A stretch of 64,000 nt of DNA from Octopus vulgaris (lineage: Eukaryota). The position numbers and the translations under genes are program-made. Where the stretch lies: positions 69,378,001 to 69,442,000 of the forward strand of contig OX597816.1 of the NCBI GenBank assembly GCA_951406725.2, read 5' to 3'. Of this stretch, positions 12,525 through 27,913 are shown one piece after another. The notes under the pieces are model-generated. The model saw only the letters and a list, made by a program, of their open reading frames with translations, had not been told where the DNA came from and ran no database searches. Within the stretch, counting starts at the first letter, position 1. Each line of letters begins with the position of its first letter.

Positions 12525-12752
12525 TTTTACTACCCACAAGGGGCTAAACACAAAGGGGACAAACAAGGACAGACATAGGTATTAAGTCGTTTACATCGAC
12601 TCCAGTGCGTAACTGGTACTTAATTTATCGACCCCGAAAGGATGAAAGGCAAAGTCGACCTCGGCAGAATTTGAACTCAGAACGTAACGACAGACGAAAT
12701 ACGGCTACGCATTTCGCCCGACGTGCTAACGTTTCTCCCAGGACGCCGCCCT
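12525..12752 (-). mobile_element. SINE (family C)
   Basis: Reverse complement of 18522-18756. Confidence 0.85.
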
Positions 12753-13321
12753 CAATTTCTGTATATTGATATACGTACATCGTCACATGTTTTTCTAACC
12801 CTTTTGTATAGCATGTTATGTAGTAGAATAAGGATGATTATGCTGACTGTAAGTATAATTTCTTTATGTAATAAATATTATTGTTCAAGTTATTATCATC
12901 ATTATAGTTATTATAATAATTAGCTCTGTAACTGCATCGTCAATTCCGATGGCCATTTGAAAGCAATTAAAACTAGCTTTTAATAAAAGCGTCTTCATAG
13001 CATACAATCCATATTTGCTATGGACTTGTTACAACACATCATGCGTTGCCAGGATAGAGTCTACTCAAAGTTATTTTGTCAAAAGTAATATATTTGACCA
13101 ATATTTCATTCAGTAAGCATTCCATACATATATAACTGAATTGGCATAATAAGTACTAGATATAAAACCTGCCACTCTTTTAGAATAAACTATTGAAATT
13201 TTATTCAGTAAACGCTCGCTACAAGTATATTTCCTATCGTTAATATAAATGAGTACCTGCATAAATAAAATATATCACAATATCCATTCTTTCAGATAAG
13301 CGTATCGTATTGAGAATACAA

Positions 13322-13324
<3 letters not shown>

Positions 13325-13354
<30 letters not shown>

Positions 13355-13380
13355 TGTATGTATGTATGTATGTATGTATG

Positions 13381-13411
<31 letters not shown>

Positions 13412-13535
13412 GTATGTATGTATATGTGTATGTATGTATGTATGTATGTATGTATGTATGTATGTATGTATGTATGTATGTATGTATGTATGTATGTATG
13501 TATGTATGTATGTATGTATGTATGTATGTATGTAT
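13325..13535. repeat. (TATG)n microsatellite
   Basis: Direct reading. Confidence 0.95.
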
Positions 13536-14699
13536 ATACATTTAACAGTACATCATGCATTATTGAATATATCATTGCTGCTACTTCACTGAGTCGTTTT
13601 CGTGACAAATGTGTTAATAATATAATTTTGGTGGTTTTTACTACATTCATAATTTCATGCTTAATAAAGCACATCTTTCATTTTCAATGTCCTTCATGCG
13701 CATGGCGATGTATTGGTTTGAAAAGCATCAGCACACATCAGGAAATAATGTGTTTGCTGAGCTATATAAACAAGAGCCACAAGGCTTCTTTATAATTATT
13801 GATCCACGGTTAACTTTGAGCGAAGAGACACAACCAAATCGAAACCGGCGCGGTGGCTAGAACCCATTTATTGTGATGAATCGATCAAATTCTGAACACG
13901 TACTCTGAAAGGAGAAATTGCTCCTCAAACATAGATGTGTATATACACAGATGTCTATATATCAACGTAGACATTTATGTATCATATTCCATAATTATAT
14001 ACTGTGTACATATACGTTATTCGGTAGCATCCAGCTCGAGCCCCAGATTTGTCTCGGCTACATTCCAGATTATTCGCTCTTTCCTGTACTAGGAACGACA
14101 AAAATCTTGTTTAGGTATATGACTGCACTCATCCAGTCATGGACATGGTTGAAAAAATCCCAAATTGCATCCAATGTTCTCTCTACCTGCAGTCTGGGCC
14201 ACTTTTTTCTCCATCGTTTATATATTTATTTTGGAGGTAAAGCATCCCTTAAGCGATTCTATCTCGGAAGAAAACCGCAGTAAATTGCCTCTCGACGGAG
14301 TATATACATTATGTATGATACACATATGACTTCTTGAATTGAACACTGCTTCTATAGTTGCGCACACCTGATTGTATACATGTAAGTGTGCGTGCCTGTA
14401 TTTGCTTGTGTGTGGGGGAGGGGCGCATGCAAGAGAGTCTGTAAAACAATGTTGAAATTTATCATAAAAGGAAAAGATAATCAAGACTTGTGTATTTTCG
14501 TCTCCCAAATTAGTCAATACCGTGACTCTTTGCCCTTTCATTAGTTTTACCACTGAGAGAAGGTATGTTGTATTTAGTAACCAATAAGTACAGATTAATT
14601 ATTTAACCGGATATAATACACACACACATGACAGATGTATATAGAAATTCTCATAATCGTTAAAAATTATTTAAATCTGAAATTATACATTGAAATCAT

Positions 14700-15430
14700 T
14701 TATTAATTGTGATAATGTGAATATTTAGTATTTAGTAGACATTATCTTTGCACTTCCAATGCAAGGATCCTATTAGGCATGTTACTGATCAGATGACGAA
14801 TATTCTTTTGCGGAATTTCTTGACAAGTTTCATGTAGTAATCTCAAGAGAACTGGCTTTCAATGTGCTTTTCTGTTCTTTTTATGGCTCAGATTGGCCAT
14901 TTGCTCCAAACGGCTCCCCAGACCATCACCGTGTTTCATTGTTGGCTGCAATCTTTTCACATCAAATTCTTGACCACAGTGACTCCAGACCCATACTTGA
15001 CCACTGTACGGAAATAAAGGAAAACCTGGACTCATCAGAAAATATGACAGAGTCCCAAACTGCTAGTAGTCTCTCAAATATGTCACTTGCTCAATCTTTT
15101 CTCCGCTTGGTGTTGGCTGGTCGAAGAATTGGCTACCTTCTTGCTGCTCTGCCATAGTAGGCAAGTTTGAGGAGATACCCGACACCTATTCTGGGACCAA
15201 CATGAACTTGTTGCGCTATCTCAGAGGCCTTGCAACGAGAATTATCCTGGGCGAGATGATTTAGGTTCCTTGCCCTCTCTGGTGAATTGCTCAGTTGCTC
15301 TATTAACTGTAGAAAGCAGGATCCCAAGGTTTTCTGCGATTTTATGCTGAGTATATCCACCTTCAGAATGACGCACAATACGGCCTTTTGAAATTCAATG
15401 TGGTCCAAGACTCCTTTTGTTCGAATGCAT
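14700..15430 (-). pseudogene. Tc1-like transposase remnant
   Basis: Minus strand encodes YYGRAARR*PILRPANTKRRKDWA...WDSVIFSDESRF, the Tc1 linker plus first catalytic D motif. HTH-like NSRCKASEIAQQVHV lies upstream. Confidence 0.8.
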
Positions 15431-15581
15431 TGATTAAAAGTACATACAGAAAGTGAAACATAAAAATGTCGATAAAAAATATAAACCATTACAAGTTTGA
15501 ATAAACATAAAACTATGTTTATGGCGTATCTACTTCCGTCATATCTGTGTGTATGCGTGTATACAAACACATACACCCACC

Positions 15582-15627
<46 letters not shown>

Positions 15628-15630
<3 letters not shown>

Positions 15631-15854
15631 CTTTACTACCCACAAGGGGCTAAACACAGAGGGGACAAACAAGGACAGACAAAGGGATTAAGTCGATTAC
15701 ATCGACCCAAGTGCGTAACTGGTACTTAATTTATCGACCCCGAAAGTATGAAAGGCAAAGTCGACCTCGGCGGAATTTGAACTCGGAACGTAACGACATA
15801 CGAAATACGGCTACGCAGGTCGCCCGGCGTGCTAACGTTTCTGCCAGCTCGCCT
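15628..15854 (-). mobile_element. SINE (family C)
   Basis: Reverse complement of 18522-18756. Confidence 0.85.
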
Positions 15855-15870
15855 TATTTATATATATATG

Positions 15871-15950
<80 letters not shown>

Positions 15951-16395
15951 AATATATATATATATACATATGTATATATACATATATATATACGGGCACA
16001 CGCACGCACACACATATATGCGCAGCGGTGTGTGTTGTCCTAGAAGACAAAGATAATAAACGCTTTTGTGTATTTTGTCCCCCAAAGGAATCATTCATCT
16101 TGTGGCCCTCTTCCTTTGCTCTGCCGGTGAAATATGTGAGACTATGTTATGTAAACAATATAAATGCCCAATTTACGAAGGGAAATATGTATATACGACT
16201 AATAAAGTATAGGCTGTTGATTATTATTATTATCATCATCATCATCAATATCATCATCATCAACATCATCATCAATATTATTGTTGTTGATGGTGGTGAC
16301 AGCCTATCATTCATTCCTTGTGTATAATATGTTTATACTTGAGTTTTTCACAGTAAGAGGCCATCGTTATGAGCTAGCAAATATAGTAGTAGTAA

Positions 16396-16462
<67 letters not shown>

Positions 16463-17347
16463 TGTTGTTGTTGTTGCAGTAGTGTTGGTTTGTGATGGAT
16501 GTTCTTATGATTGCAGCGTGTCTTGAAATCTCAATCAACACAAAGCGAATTGTTCATTAAAAACTGAAGTACTGAGGGAAACAGAGAGAAGAGCGGGAGA
16601 GAAAGCGCGAGAGAGAGAGATGTGTAAAATAGAAGACGGGATGGAAATAGAGACAAATAAATAGAGAGGCTCAGAGAGAACAAATAGGGTGATGAGATGA
16701 AGTAGTTTCAATAAAGAAAAAAAAAACATTGAATCAGAGCGTGTGTATAAAACGAACGACTGAAAGAGAGATGGACTGACAAGGAGTGGGAAGGAGTAAC
16801 AGCATGAAGGAGAACGCAGGCAATACAATTTAGTTAATGACAAGGCATTCAAACATGAATATCCTTCATGTAGTGAACTAAGTAAATTATATCAAGGTGT
16901 ATGACGTCGGTGTTTGTGGAAGAGTGAAATGTTCTTAAGAAAAATGTTTTATCTCGCTTGCCAAAAGCTCAACTAAGAAAATGACAGGATTTATTTAGCA
17001 TGACTCCTTTCAGTAATTGAGTGCTTTAATGGTGATTGGTGTAAAGCACTGACATCATTTTCGCAACGTTGGTCATCATTGAAAGTGGTGGTGCATGGAA
17101 AATATAGGTGTGTGTGTGTGTGTGTCTGTTCACATACGTGGGTCGACCGATGTATATATGTATGCAAGTATATATATATATATACATATATGCAAGTACC
17201 TATGTATGTGTGTGTGTGGGGGGGGTGTCAGTGTAAGTGCAGAGAGCAAGAGAGAGAGGGGGAGGGAGAGAGAGACAGAAAGAAAGAACGAAAGAAAGAA
17301 TGAAATGAAGAGAGATTGAGAAATGTAGAGAAATATATTTATGTAAG

Positions 17348-17383
<36 letters not shown>

Positions 17384-17667
17384 ATAACTCTCAGTGATGT
17401 GAGTAACGCATTAGATATCTGAGAGAGTGCAGCACACAATTTAACATAACGTACATATTTATCATCTAATGAACCTATATTTATATGTCCACACGCACGC
17501 ACATACACACATATATATACACGTGTGTCTATGTATATATGTATGTATGTATTTATATATATATGTGTGTGTGTGCTGCTGTCAAGTAATTCTATTAAAA
17601 CGTCGTTGGGAACAATCGAAGAAACCAATATCCTGAAGAAAAAGTAGAAAATGTAGAGGAGGGGGCA

Positions 17668-17808
17668 GAAGAAGAAGAAGAAGAAGAAGAAGAAGAAGAA
17701 GAAGAAGAAGAAGAAGAAGAAGAAGAAGAAGAAGAAGAAGAAGAAGAAGAAGAAGAAGAAGAAGAAGAAGAAGAAGAAGAAGAAGAAGAAGAAGAAGAAG
17801 AAGAAGAA
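17668..17808. repeat. Perfect (GAA)n microsatellite
   Basis: Direct reading. Confidence 0.95.
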
Positions 17809-18521
17809 CATCGCTCATGTTGTCTCAGTTAATGAACTCGCAAAGCTCTTCTGATATATCAACCAAATTTCAGAAAACTCAATTATGTTTGCCAAAAGCT
17901 CGGCAGAGTAGTGTGATTGTTGTTTACTCAAGTCTTATGTACGCTGCGTCGAAGGACATCACGAAGTTTCCACGCTGGAACATGACGTTCTCTTTCTGAT
18001 TATTATGTTGACAACTAGAATCAGAATTGGTGTAACTGCTACACTATCACATCAAAAAGAAGATCTAACAACTCAATAAGTTATTCTCTCTGCTTGGGTT
18101 AGATATATCAAGTTTGACAGCTTTATATTGTGATACGAATGATAATCTTCCTGTACCTGATCATCTGATTGTAAGTTTTCAAAACTGTAAGTCTTACTGC
18201 TGTAGTATTATGCGTTACATTCTCTTAGCGATAGATCTAGTACATCATAATTCTTGTGTTCATAGAACACAGAAAGATTAAAGACTGAAGAAATGAGAAA
18301 AGGAATGACTAAGGTCTCCATTCATCCAGTATACTATGTGGATCATCACGATTTCGACACGTTTATAGAGTATCACTTGTTTCAGTTTACCAGCCGATGT
18401 ATAGAAAACTCCAACTAGGTTTTAATGTAGAAGACAAGAAAATAAGAACCGATAGAGAATCACTAATTGTAGGAAATTTTATTAGGCGTATCACGTGACT
18501 TGACAGCAACGGTATATGAAA

Positions 18522-18756
18522 AAGGCGGCGAGCTGGCAGAAACGTTAGCACGCCGGGCGAAATGCGTAGCCGTATTTCGTCTGCCGTTACGTTTTGAGTT
18601 CAAATTCCGCCGAAGTCGACTTTGCTTTTCATCCTTTCTGTGTCGATAAATTAAGTACCAGTTACGCACTGGGGTCGATATAATTGACTTAATCCGTTTG
18701 TCTGTCCTAGTTTGTCCCCTCTGTGTTTAGCCCCTTGTGCGTAGTAAAGAAATAGG
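18522..18756 (+). mobile_element. SINE (family C)
   Basis: AAGGCGGCGAGCTGGCAGAAACGTTAGCAC...GAGTTCAAATTCC (B-box)...GTAGTAAAGAAATAG. At least 6 copies in the window. Confidence 0.85.
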
Positions 18757-18794
18757 TATATGAAAATATGCGAAACATCATGCATATGAAAAAT

Positions 18795-19005
18795 CGGTTT
18801 CAAATTTTCCGCACAAGGTCAGCTAATTCGAGGCAGGGGTTAAGTTGGTCACATTGAACACAGAGCTCAGCTGCTTCTTATTTTATTGACCCGAAAATAT
18901 TGAATGGTAAAGTCGACCTCAACGGCATTTGAACTCAAAATATGTAGAATGATAAAATGTCGTTAAGCCCGGCGTGTTAAAAACTCTGCCACCGCGCTGC
19001 CTTAC
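18795..19005 (-). mobile_element. Degenerate SINE (family C head, different tail)
   Basis: AAAGTCGACCTCAACGGCATTTGAACTC core shared with family C. Confidence 0.6.
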
Positions 19006-20352
19006 GCCCGACACATTAAAATATATTGATCTTACAAAATTATCGCAGACTAATTACATTCCAGCTAAGACAAAAGCGCAAATTCAACATTGTAATAAAA
19101 TATATTAAACAGGCAATAAACGTATTTCGGCCGCAGTTAAACAGAACATTATTGAGAAGCCAATGAAAGCATATTAGTAATGTAGAGTGAGGTAAATAAA
19201 TATTTACTTGTTTGGACGCTGGCCTCTCTGTACGAAGAGAAGCAGATAGTGAAGTAAGGGAGAACTTTCAAGATAGAACACTGTACACATGAGCTGAAGG
19301 GCAATCGAAGCTCCCAAAGGGATTCGGAAAGGAGAGAGGATTAAACAGCGACAGAGCAGTTAGTACGTGGTAGAGACAGAAAGACTAATGTAAACAATGG
19401 AAAGGAAAGAATGCGCAGATAAAGAATAAAGAATATATTACAGAGCGATAAGTTAGACTTCGATGAAATTCTGTGTGGCTTCGAAGGAAAAGTGGAGTAC
19501 TGATAACATAAATTCTTGGTTTATTGAAATTATCTTTGCCTGGAGATAATTCAAACAAACGCTTTGTGCCAAGGGCTACATATTCCGATTTGAGGTTGGG
19601 GGAGATATCAAACGTTAAGGGTTGTCATGGATCCAATATTAGGAAAAATAGAATATCGTCTTTCTAGAAACAAGACGAATCCAGTGAATATGCGATTAAT
19701 AGGCAGAACATAAGTACTTACATATACATACACACATTTAAAAACACACACACATACACACACACAAAATTACACACACACACACATATATATGTGTGCA
19801 TGCGTGTGCATATAGGTGTGTACGTTTGTAGGGTGCATATGTAAATAAAAATAACTGAAAAATGAAAAACTCGGTCATTGTAGTAGTATTATATATACCT
19901 GCGTATATGTGGTTCTATTCAGATGGAGGTGCTTTATCTGTTGCTTCTCAAATTTATCTTATCTGGTATTTAAAATAGATCTTACATATAGACTGTACAG
20001 GTTACTGAAAGTCTACTATCTATGATGTGCAAATTTCCCTTCTAGTTCCCTTCTAGGATTTTACCTGAAGATCTTTCTTTTTTATACTTTTCAACTGAAG
20101 TCACAAAAGTTTGTACCGTTATTTATTTAGTTGTTATACTATTAATGTTTAAAGGAAATTACATAGGAAATTATATGATTATAAAATATTTAACTGCTAC
20201 TCTGCCAGGCTTCACCTATGGTCAAGTGTTTCTGTAAGTTTAGACTCTATGCAGGTAATCTTAATCACATAAAATGATTGATTCCATTTTGCAGGATTAG
20301 TTTTGTTTACACGTATTAGACTCCCTGGGTGAGTATCTGCTTTCCATTTTGT

Positions 20353-20428
<76 letters not shown>

Positions 20429-22814
20429 GTAATGTTTTAATGTTTGGTGGACCATTGTTGTAAATTTCCATGGTGTGGCTATTAAAATGTTTTCTGAATC
20501 TTTGATCAACAGTGAAATGTTTATCTTTTAGTGTTTGGAAATAATATATTAGACTTCAGATAGACTGAAAAGAACTTGTGTAATATTGCGGCGCCTGTTT
20601 TCCATTTGTGAGTATAGGAAGTGAAATGTGTAGGTAATTTTCTCCTTGAATCCGCTTGCTTTATTCTGGTAATATTTAATACATTATCAATAGTAATCAT
20701 TTTCATATTATACGTTTGTCAATATTAAATGTGAGTTTACCAATATCCAATAGCGCATTAGTTCACAAGCCCTTCTTTAAACATGTGATATAATATGTGA
20801 TGGTGGAATAATGTATTTTATGTTTGATTCGGTAGCTTAAATTATAGATTCAAACTTCCCGTTCTGTAGGCTTTGTGTTGCACAGTATTGACAATTGATC
20901 TCCCCTACTTCATTTGTAATTGACACAAATACAGAGCGTAAGTGTTTGCTGTATGCCTTACAATGCTTTTATTCGTGTCTTTGATATATTAACACGTTCT
21001 AACGCTATATCGATATTAAATTCAGTTTAAATAATTTATTGATTTTTAGTTAATACCGTTTGGCACATAATGTGTCTGTTTCTCCGAGCTACTAAGTTCA
21101 TAGGGTTGCATGTAAGTTGAGTTCTACAGTGATGTACGTATACTATTAGACATAACAAATACGACACAATAAATATTAACTCATATATTATTCCCATTAA
21201 TAAGCAAGAATAAATAAACTAAAGAGAAAAATATCACCTCATCACAACACGTTCATAAAATGATATCGAAAAATAATATGTTTGAATAACGGGAAATATT
21301 TTCTTTCATTAGAATTTCTTTATATATTTAGTTCTGTTAGTCTTTGTTTACTATCTTTTATACCAACAAAAGTCTTCCTGGAATATCTTGTGTTTACATC
21401 TGACAAAACTGGTGATGATTCACTGGAACATTTTAGCAGATGACGCCGACAGCTTGTCTCTAAGGAGACCTTAATTGCTTTTTAATATTTTCTTCATTAT
21501 TTTCTATTGAAAAGCAAATAAATCGATTTCGTTAAAAATTTTTCAAATGACTGAAAATTATCAGGAAAATATCTTAATTTATGCTCTTCGTTATTTTGTT
21601 TAGAAATAGTAGCATGAAAGAGAAATGCCATGCTCAAAATGAAGAATAAATGAACAATACTTTGTTTAAAGACCCTACCCCTGTGGTCCCAAAATTCTAA
21701 ACCTTATTTACTTCTGTTCCAGTATAAAACCGAGGATCAGAAGAATCGTGAGAGCGAAGGTCAAAATTCATTGTTGTAATCACTTACGTAACTTTACATT
21801 TCAAGTTCAAATTCATGCGCGGTCAACTTTGCTTTTCATCCTCAAAGGATCGAAAATTAAGATCGCTATACAATTATTACTTGTGGTTTAATTGACTCAG
21901 CATTTATTGCATTATTTTGGCTAAATTTAAAATTGATTTAGAGAGGGAGTGAACATATGTCTTAAGGAATGGTAGTTTACTAAAATGATGTTAGTTCGAT
22001 AGAAATTACAACACACACTTAAGATTTCTTTTCGAATTGTCTAAAAATAAACACCAATCATTTGCTTCGTAAGACTTAACCTCCATCTCTTATAACAAAC
22101 CAGAACCTGATACAGCGAAACTGAGTAGAAATGCGTGCTAAGCGTATTCAAATTACCTAGAAATAAATGTCAAATCTAATTCAATGGACGAAAAATTGAA
22201 ATTTGATCCACATTGGTTTATTTAAGACCATACGAAGTAAACTCAATTTGTATTAGTATATGGCCCAGGATAGAAATACATGTAAGAGTAGACAACTCCA
22301 CACACAAATTAAGAAATAATTCTGAAAGGAAGTAAAGGTCCACACGCTTTGTCCCAGAATCAATGGCATGGTAAAGTCATGAACAGAGCTTTTTAATGCC
22401 AGTGTTTCCAATTCTGAGTTAGTTAAAGACATTTCAGTTGGAACAGAAAACGATCTCAAAGAAACTGTTTTTGATGGTTTACAGAACATGTAGTATTAAA
22501 ATGAAAGAAAAATTAACTAAAACAAACGGCATAGTGAAACCCTCCATTTCATTACGGATCTATTAGCACCATATGTAGTTTTGTTATGCAACCCAAATAC
22601 AATTTGTATTTTTCTAATCTGAAATCGTTCTACCAACTCTTCCACGTGTTAAATATTAGCGATTTTTTTTACAGCAAAATATGTATCCGTGCTTATCTTT
22701 GTAATGAAAATAGTCATTTAGTGTATATAAGTTTTGCACCAGGAGCTATTTTTTGGTTTGAATATAAGTGTGATCCAGGACCCTATAACTCGGGATAAAC
22801 CCGAAGGCTTACTG

Positions 22815-23460
22815 AAAGTTAACAATGTTAGAAAATTGGACAAGAATTACAAGTATGGCTTCACTTCTGTCAGATACAACCTTGATATCTCTGATAAAGC
22901 ACGGTGTATGTTTTGCAAAATCATAATGCGATATTTAAATTTAATATCTGAAAGGTTGTTGAAGAATTGTAAAAGAAAACACTCCAAGGAGAACCTCAAA
23001 TGACTGGGCCCTGATAAACGCAGAAAGGAACACTTCCACGCGTCTTATTACAGCTATCAACAAAATCATTTTTGCAATGTGTTTTTGACGTAAGAGACAA
23101 GTTTACCAATGAGATATCCTTCATTGTGCAACTGAAAACATTGTCAGTCCATGTACACTTTGAAGCATAGAGCTTCGCCTTCGAGAGGCAGTAACCATGA
23201 AACTCCAAGATATTCATCTCTTCAATAATTTTCCTGCAAATTGTGAAGCCTAAATAAGTGGCGATATCCTTGCTTGGTTGAATAACTAAGTTAAATTATT
23301 CCCAGGAGGATCGATAGACATTTTCCGCATGTCCCAGTTGGTTATATGTTGTCGGAACATCTATGATGATAAACTGGAGGCTCAGCTTTAGTTCCATAAA
23401 CCGCTAGTATCCATTGCTAAATATGTTTAGCAATGAAGTGTACATTCATCAATATTACAC
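22815..23460 (+). pseudogene. hAT (Charlie/Buster-like) transposase remnant
   Basis: RKLDKNYKYGFT...RCMFCK...LLKNCKRKH resembles the N-terminal BED-type zinc-finger region (RKYDE.YLKYGF...CVIC...LKRHL.TKH). Confidence 0.55.
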
Positions 23461-25056
23461 GATGCATTAGGTTGCGGAATATTGCCTTTATTGTCTGAGC
23501 TCAAATTACGTCGAGAGCGACTTTGCTTTCTATCATTCTGGGAAGAGTAAAACAAGTCCCAGTTAAGCACTGAGGCTGATGATATCGTTTTGGACCTTAC
23601 CTCACAATTTCTGGCCTTGTACCAAAATTGAAAACCATTATTATACGATGCATTTAGCCAGCGAGCTGGTGGAATTGTTATATCTCCTAAAAAATTGTTT
23701 GGAGGGATTTCTTCCGACTTTACGTTTTGCTTTCAAATTCCGCGGGGACGAATTTACCTTTTATCCTTTCCGGCAAGATAAAAATAGGTAGCATTTGAGC
23801 ACTGGAATGGAAGTAAATGACTCAGCGCCTGTCGCGGAATTGTTTACCCACTTCTTGAAATTGCTTACCTTTTGATACGTAAGCCATAAGTTTTTTAGAG
23901 TTAGAATACCTTTCATCATTGTTCTCAAAACGAATTGACAATTGATTAAATAGTAGAAGATTTCACAAAAGACGTCAAAAGTTTCATTAAGCGTAAATGT
24001 AAATAAGTTTAAAAATATGTAACCGTAAATGAACTTTGAAAGGAGAAACTATCTGCTTATATCCCAGAATCCTCCAATAGCAACCTCACTGCATTTTCCA
24101 AACCCCATTTACTTCTTATTGATAGTTTCTGAAACCTTTAGCCAGGAGAAATTCTGGAACTTTTCGAAAACGATTCTGTTCATCTATTTTTATGACAGCT
24201 AAAATAAACAGTTTTTTTCTCAATACAACAACATTTCTTCTAAAAAGCTCTTAAGAAAACTAACTAGATTATCAACCAAATATCGTTCGTAGATCTGAAA
24301 GTACCGAGACGGAAGATTTTGAGGGTTTAATTTGCTCTCTCAGGGCTCAAAGACAACAAAGATTCTACAGTTGAAATGAAGCGTTGACAGTATCATTAGC
24401 GTAGGAGACGAAAGTTTTGCAGTATTTGTTCTAGAGGCTTCAGGTATTCTGTGCTAAGAGTCGCCAAGAACAGTGTTGCATTTCATCGCTCCTGGGTAGC
24501 TAAAATGAAGCAGAAGTGGTTGTATTATTAAGACATTGGTTAAAATGTCTCGCGTTATCTATTATGACTCCCCGTACCCTTCGTTCAAATCTTGCTGAAG
24601 TAAACTTCCTTATTTAACCATTTGGGCTCCATTAACTACAAAACTAGAGTAGTGTTTTAATTGACAGATCTGTAGAGCGTCGGACGTGATGCCTTGCGCG
24701 ATCAGTTCCTCTTCTTTAAGCTGTACTGATGCCAAGCTATTCAGTTGCAAAAAGGTAGCTTTCATTTGGGCAACATCGGTGATTTGAGAGAAGAGGCTTA
24801 CAAGCATAGACAGGCACCAGTCTTCTACAAAAACATTGACTAGATATGCGCATGCAGAGGCGGATAAAAGATCAACATTAACCGAAGCATATGTCTAGGT
24901 GAAAGCGTATTACGGATGGGTGAGAATGTTAGAGGGTGTTCTTTTTTGTATATATTTCCATCATTTTAAGGTGAGACAAACTTGATTTCTCCTCGCCTTC
25001 ACCATGAGCTATTGTCAAAATAGCTGAAGAAAGGCAACTGCAAACTACATTTATAT

Positions 25057-25290
25057 TTATTTCTTTGCTACCCACAAGGGGCTAAACACAGAGAGGACAA
25101 AGAAGGACAGACAAACGGATTAAGTCGATTATATCGACCCCAGTGCGTAACTGGTACTTATTTAGTCGGCCCCGAAAGGATGAAAGAAAAAGTCGACGTC
25201 AGCGGAATTTGAACTCAGAACATAGCGGCAGACGAAATACTGCGATGCATTTCGCTCGGCGTGCTAACATTTCGGCCAGCTCGCCGCCCT
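25057..25290 (-). mobile_element. SINE (family C)
   Basis: Reverse complement of 18522-18756. Confidence 0.85.
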
Positions 25291-26930
25291 ACATTCATAT
25301 TACCTCATGAAAATTCAGTTACAAACATTGCTTATGAAAGTAGTCACAACGTGTCATTTGCTGACCTGAAAGCTCAAGAAAGGATTCATTCCACCTTATC
25401 TACGGCACTTCCTTCTATTTCATTTCTAACATATCTGCATTTTTATTATTTGTCCTTGAAATATAGCACCATCTGGAGAGGAAATTAGCATTGCTCAAGC
25501 ATCAACCCGAAGTTTAAAATGACATCCAGAAATATCCTTAACCCATTAAATGTGCCCGTTCACCCTACTGACCAAAGGTCTTTATGTAGTATAACCTGCT
25601 AGAAATCTCGTGACATTCGTACACATAACTAGAAAATTCTATCTTCACTTTAGGAAATTTTACGCACGACGTGATCAATAATCGAATTTCTATTCCTTAA
25701 ATTTATTCATTCACATTACTTCAATCAAATTGAACTCCTACTTCTTCTTTCTTTATATTGCCATCGCTCTCTTCTTCTTTGTTAATACAATCATGCTGTG
25801 TGTTGTCTCTCCCTTCTGCTTCTCATCTTTCATCCTTCATTTTATCTCCATATCTCGCATCTTTCTCGATGTCATTGTTTGACAATTTCCGCTTCGATTC
25901 AAGCCACTTCTGTTTCTTAATCTATATTGCTCCACATCTCTCACCACTTCCTGACATTTGCTATTCGCATTGACCTCATTCCTTCTCACTGTCTTCTCCT
26001 TTAACTTTTCATTGTTCTTAGTTTCACAAATTTCAACACGTTCTCCTCCTCTGCGTTCTTCATTTTATTATCCTATCTTCTTTCACTATTGCTCTTAGTA
26101 CAAATCAATGAGAAAGCCTCTGCGCAGTCGCTACAACTACGAAGAATTTCTCTTTCAAACTAGAACAAATAAGTTTTATACTACGCGTCTAAAAAAAGGT
26201 TGACTTCAGGCAAAATAATAACAAGAATAAGTACACTAAATCTGTTGGCTTAGTGTACCCTCATTTTTTGTAGCCTATTGTCGTTGTAGCAAGATTCTAA
26301 ATCGCAACGTAACATGTAATCTAATACCAAATAATTAAGACAATTTATAATGATTTAGTACAAAGAATTTTTATTCTTAAATACACAAAACTTAGAATAC
26401 GTATAAGGATATACCCAAGGGTCGACCAAAGCGCTAAGAGTACATTTGGCCCACATCTATACTCTTATACTCTGTCCAATGTGCCACAGCGTGGGACTAA
26501 GGATAATTTCTTCCTTTCTTTCAAATACTGACAGAATTTTTGAAAACATAATGCTTTATAGGCTCTGCTTTCCTTTCCTAAGCTGTAAAATATCGGTATT
26601 GTTAACGCTGTTTATAATATTCACTTGATGTCATTATTTTTAGAACACGATGGAACTTTTACGGTGAACCACTGTGTAAACTGGGTCGAGAGCTACCGTG
26701 TAGGCGACTGAAAAATGGATTGTAATTATAATTTAAATTCCTTGTGATGTCGCATTGATTTCACCTGATAATTTTGTTAAGAGTTGACATATCTGTTGAG
26801 TGTTCAGCTGCTTCTACATTAATTCAGCTATTATGTACTTTAGTAGTGTGCAGGAGTGAATATTCATTGTCGATGCTGACGAATATATATAGCGATAAAA
26901 AATAAAAACAATATGCTCATTGAGGAGGAG

Positions 26931-27240
26931 GAGACCCTCTTCGGTCATGAATGACCATGAGATTGCACTTAGAAAGTTACTCTCCGAGGCACAAGTCCGG
27001 GCAAGGTTGTTTATGGAAGGCCAGCAGTCGCCCATGCATACCAACCTCCATACTTTACACCACTGGTGTTATCCAAGGGAAAGGTAAAAAGGAGGATATA
27101 GCTTGGCATCAGTGATGTCGCAACTCATTTCTACAGCTGAGTGAACTGGAGCAACGTGAAATAAGGCCCCGTCCTGGAATCGAACACACAGCATCTCGAT
27201 CGTAAGCTCGACGCTCTAACCGATGACCCATGCGCCTTCA
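26931..27240 (-). mobile_element. SINE (family B)
   Basis: Reverse complement of 7174-7497. Confidence 0.8.
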
Positions 27241-27868
27241 AATATGCTCATTATTATATCAAACACTAGGTTGTGTGACGCGAGGGAAATTTGCTTGCGA
27301 CTTTAACTGTGTGAGCGACCTCTCAGCTCATCACTTACCCCTTTTCTCTGTCTCTTCTCCTTACATCATGCACCCTTTTCATTTGCTGGCCTGTCATTTT
27401 GTAGTAAATAGGCTTCTTCCAATTTCAGTCTCTAATACAAATTCCGTTTCACTCTCTATCACTCTCTACTGGAACGAAGTCTGGCGCAATTGCAATTTAA
27501 TAATCTTAGTTTCATTACAGCGAAACAAGGATTTTAGTAGGAATTCACTTCATTTCGTGAATAAATATTAGGGCTCAAATGTACACGTTACATAAGCTCG
27601 TGTATGGCAATCCCTTATTCATTACGAGTAATCATTCTGAAACAAGAAAGCAAAAGTAAAACGAAAAATACAATAAAAGAAAACTAAACAAAAGCAATCT
27701 TGATATTGTATCAGTTTTATAAAAAAGACATGTTTCGATAATATCGATGACTGTATTGATAAAAATGATGGAGATCAAAATGCTGAAAGGGGTGAGGGAG
27801 AAGAGAGAGAGAGAGAGAAGATTCGTGACAAAGAAGGTAATTATAAAAAATACGAATATGAAGTAGGC

Positions 27869-27911
<43 letters not shown>

Positions 27912-27913
<2 letters not shown>

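Noticed and set aside
14020-14200. HPARAPDLSRLHSRLF resembling the mariner HPPYSPDL motif
   Set aside because: A single weak motif that is too degenerate to support.
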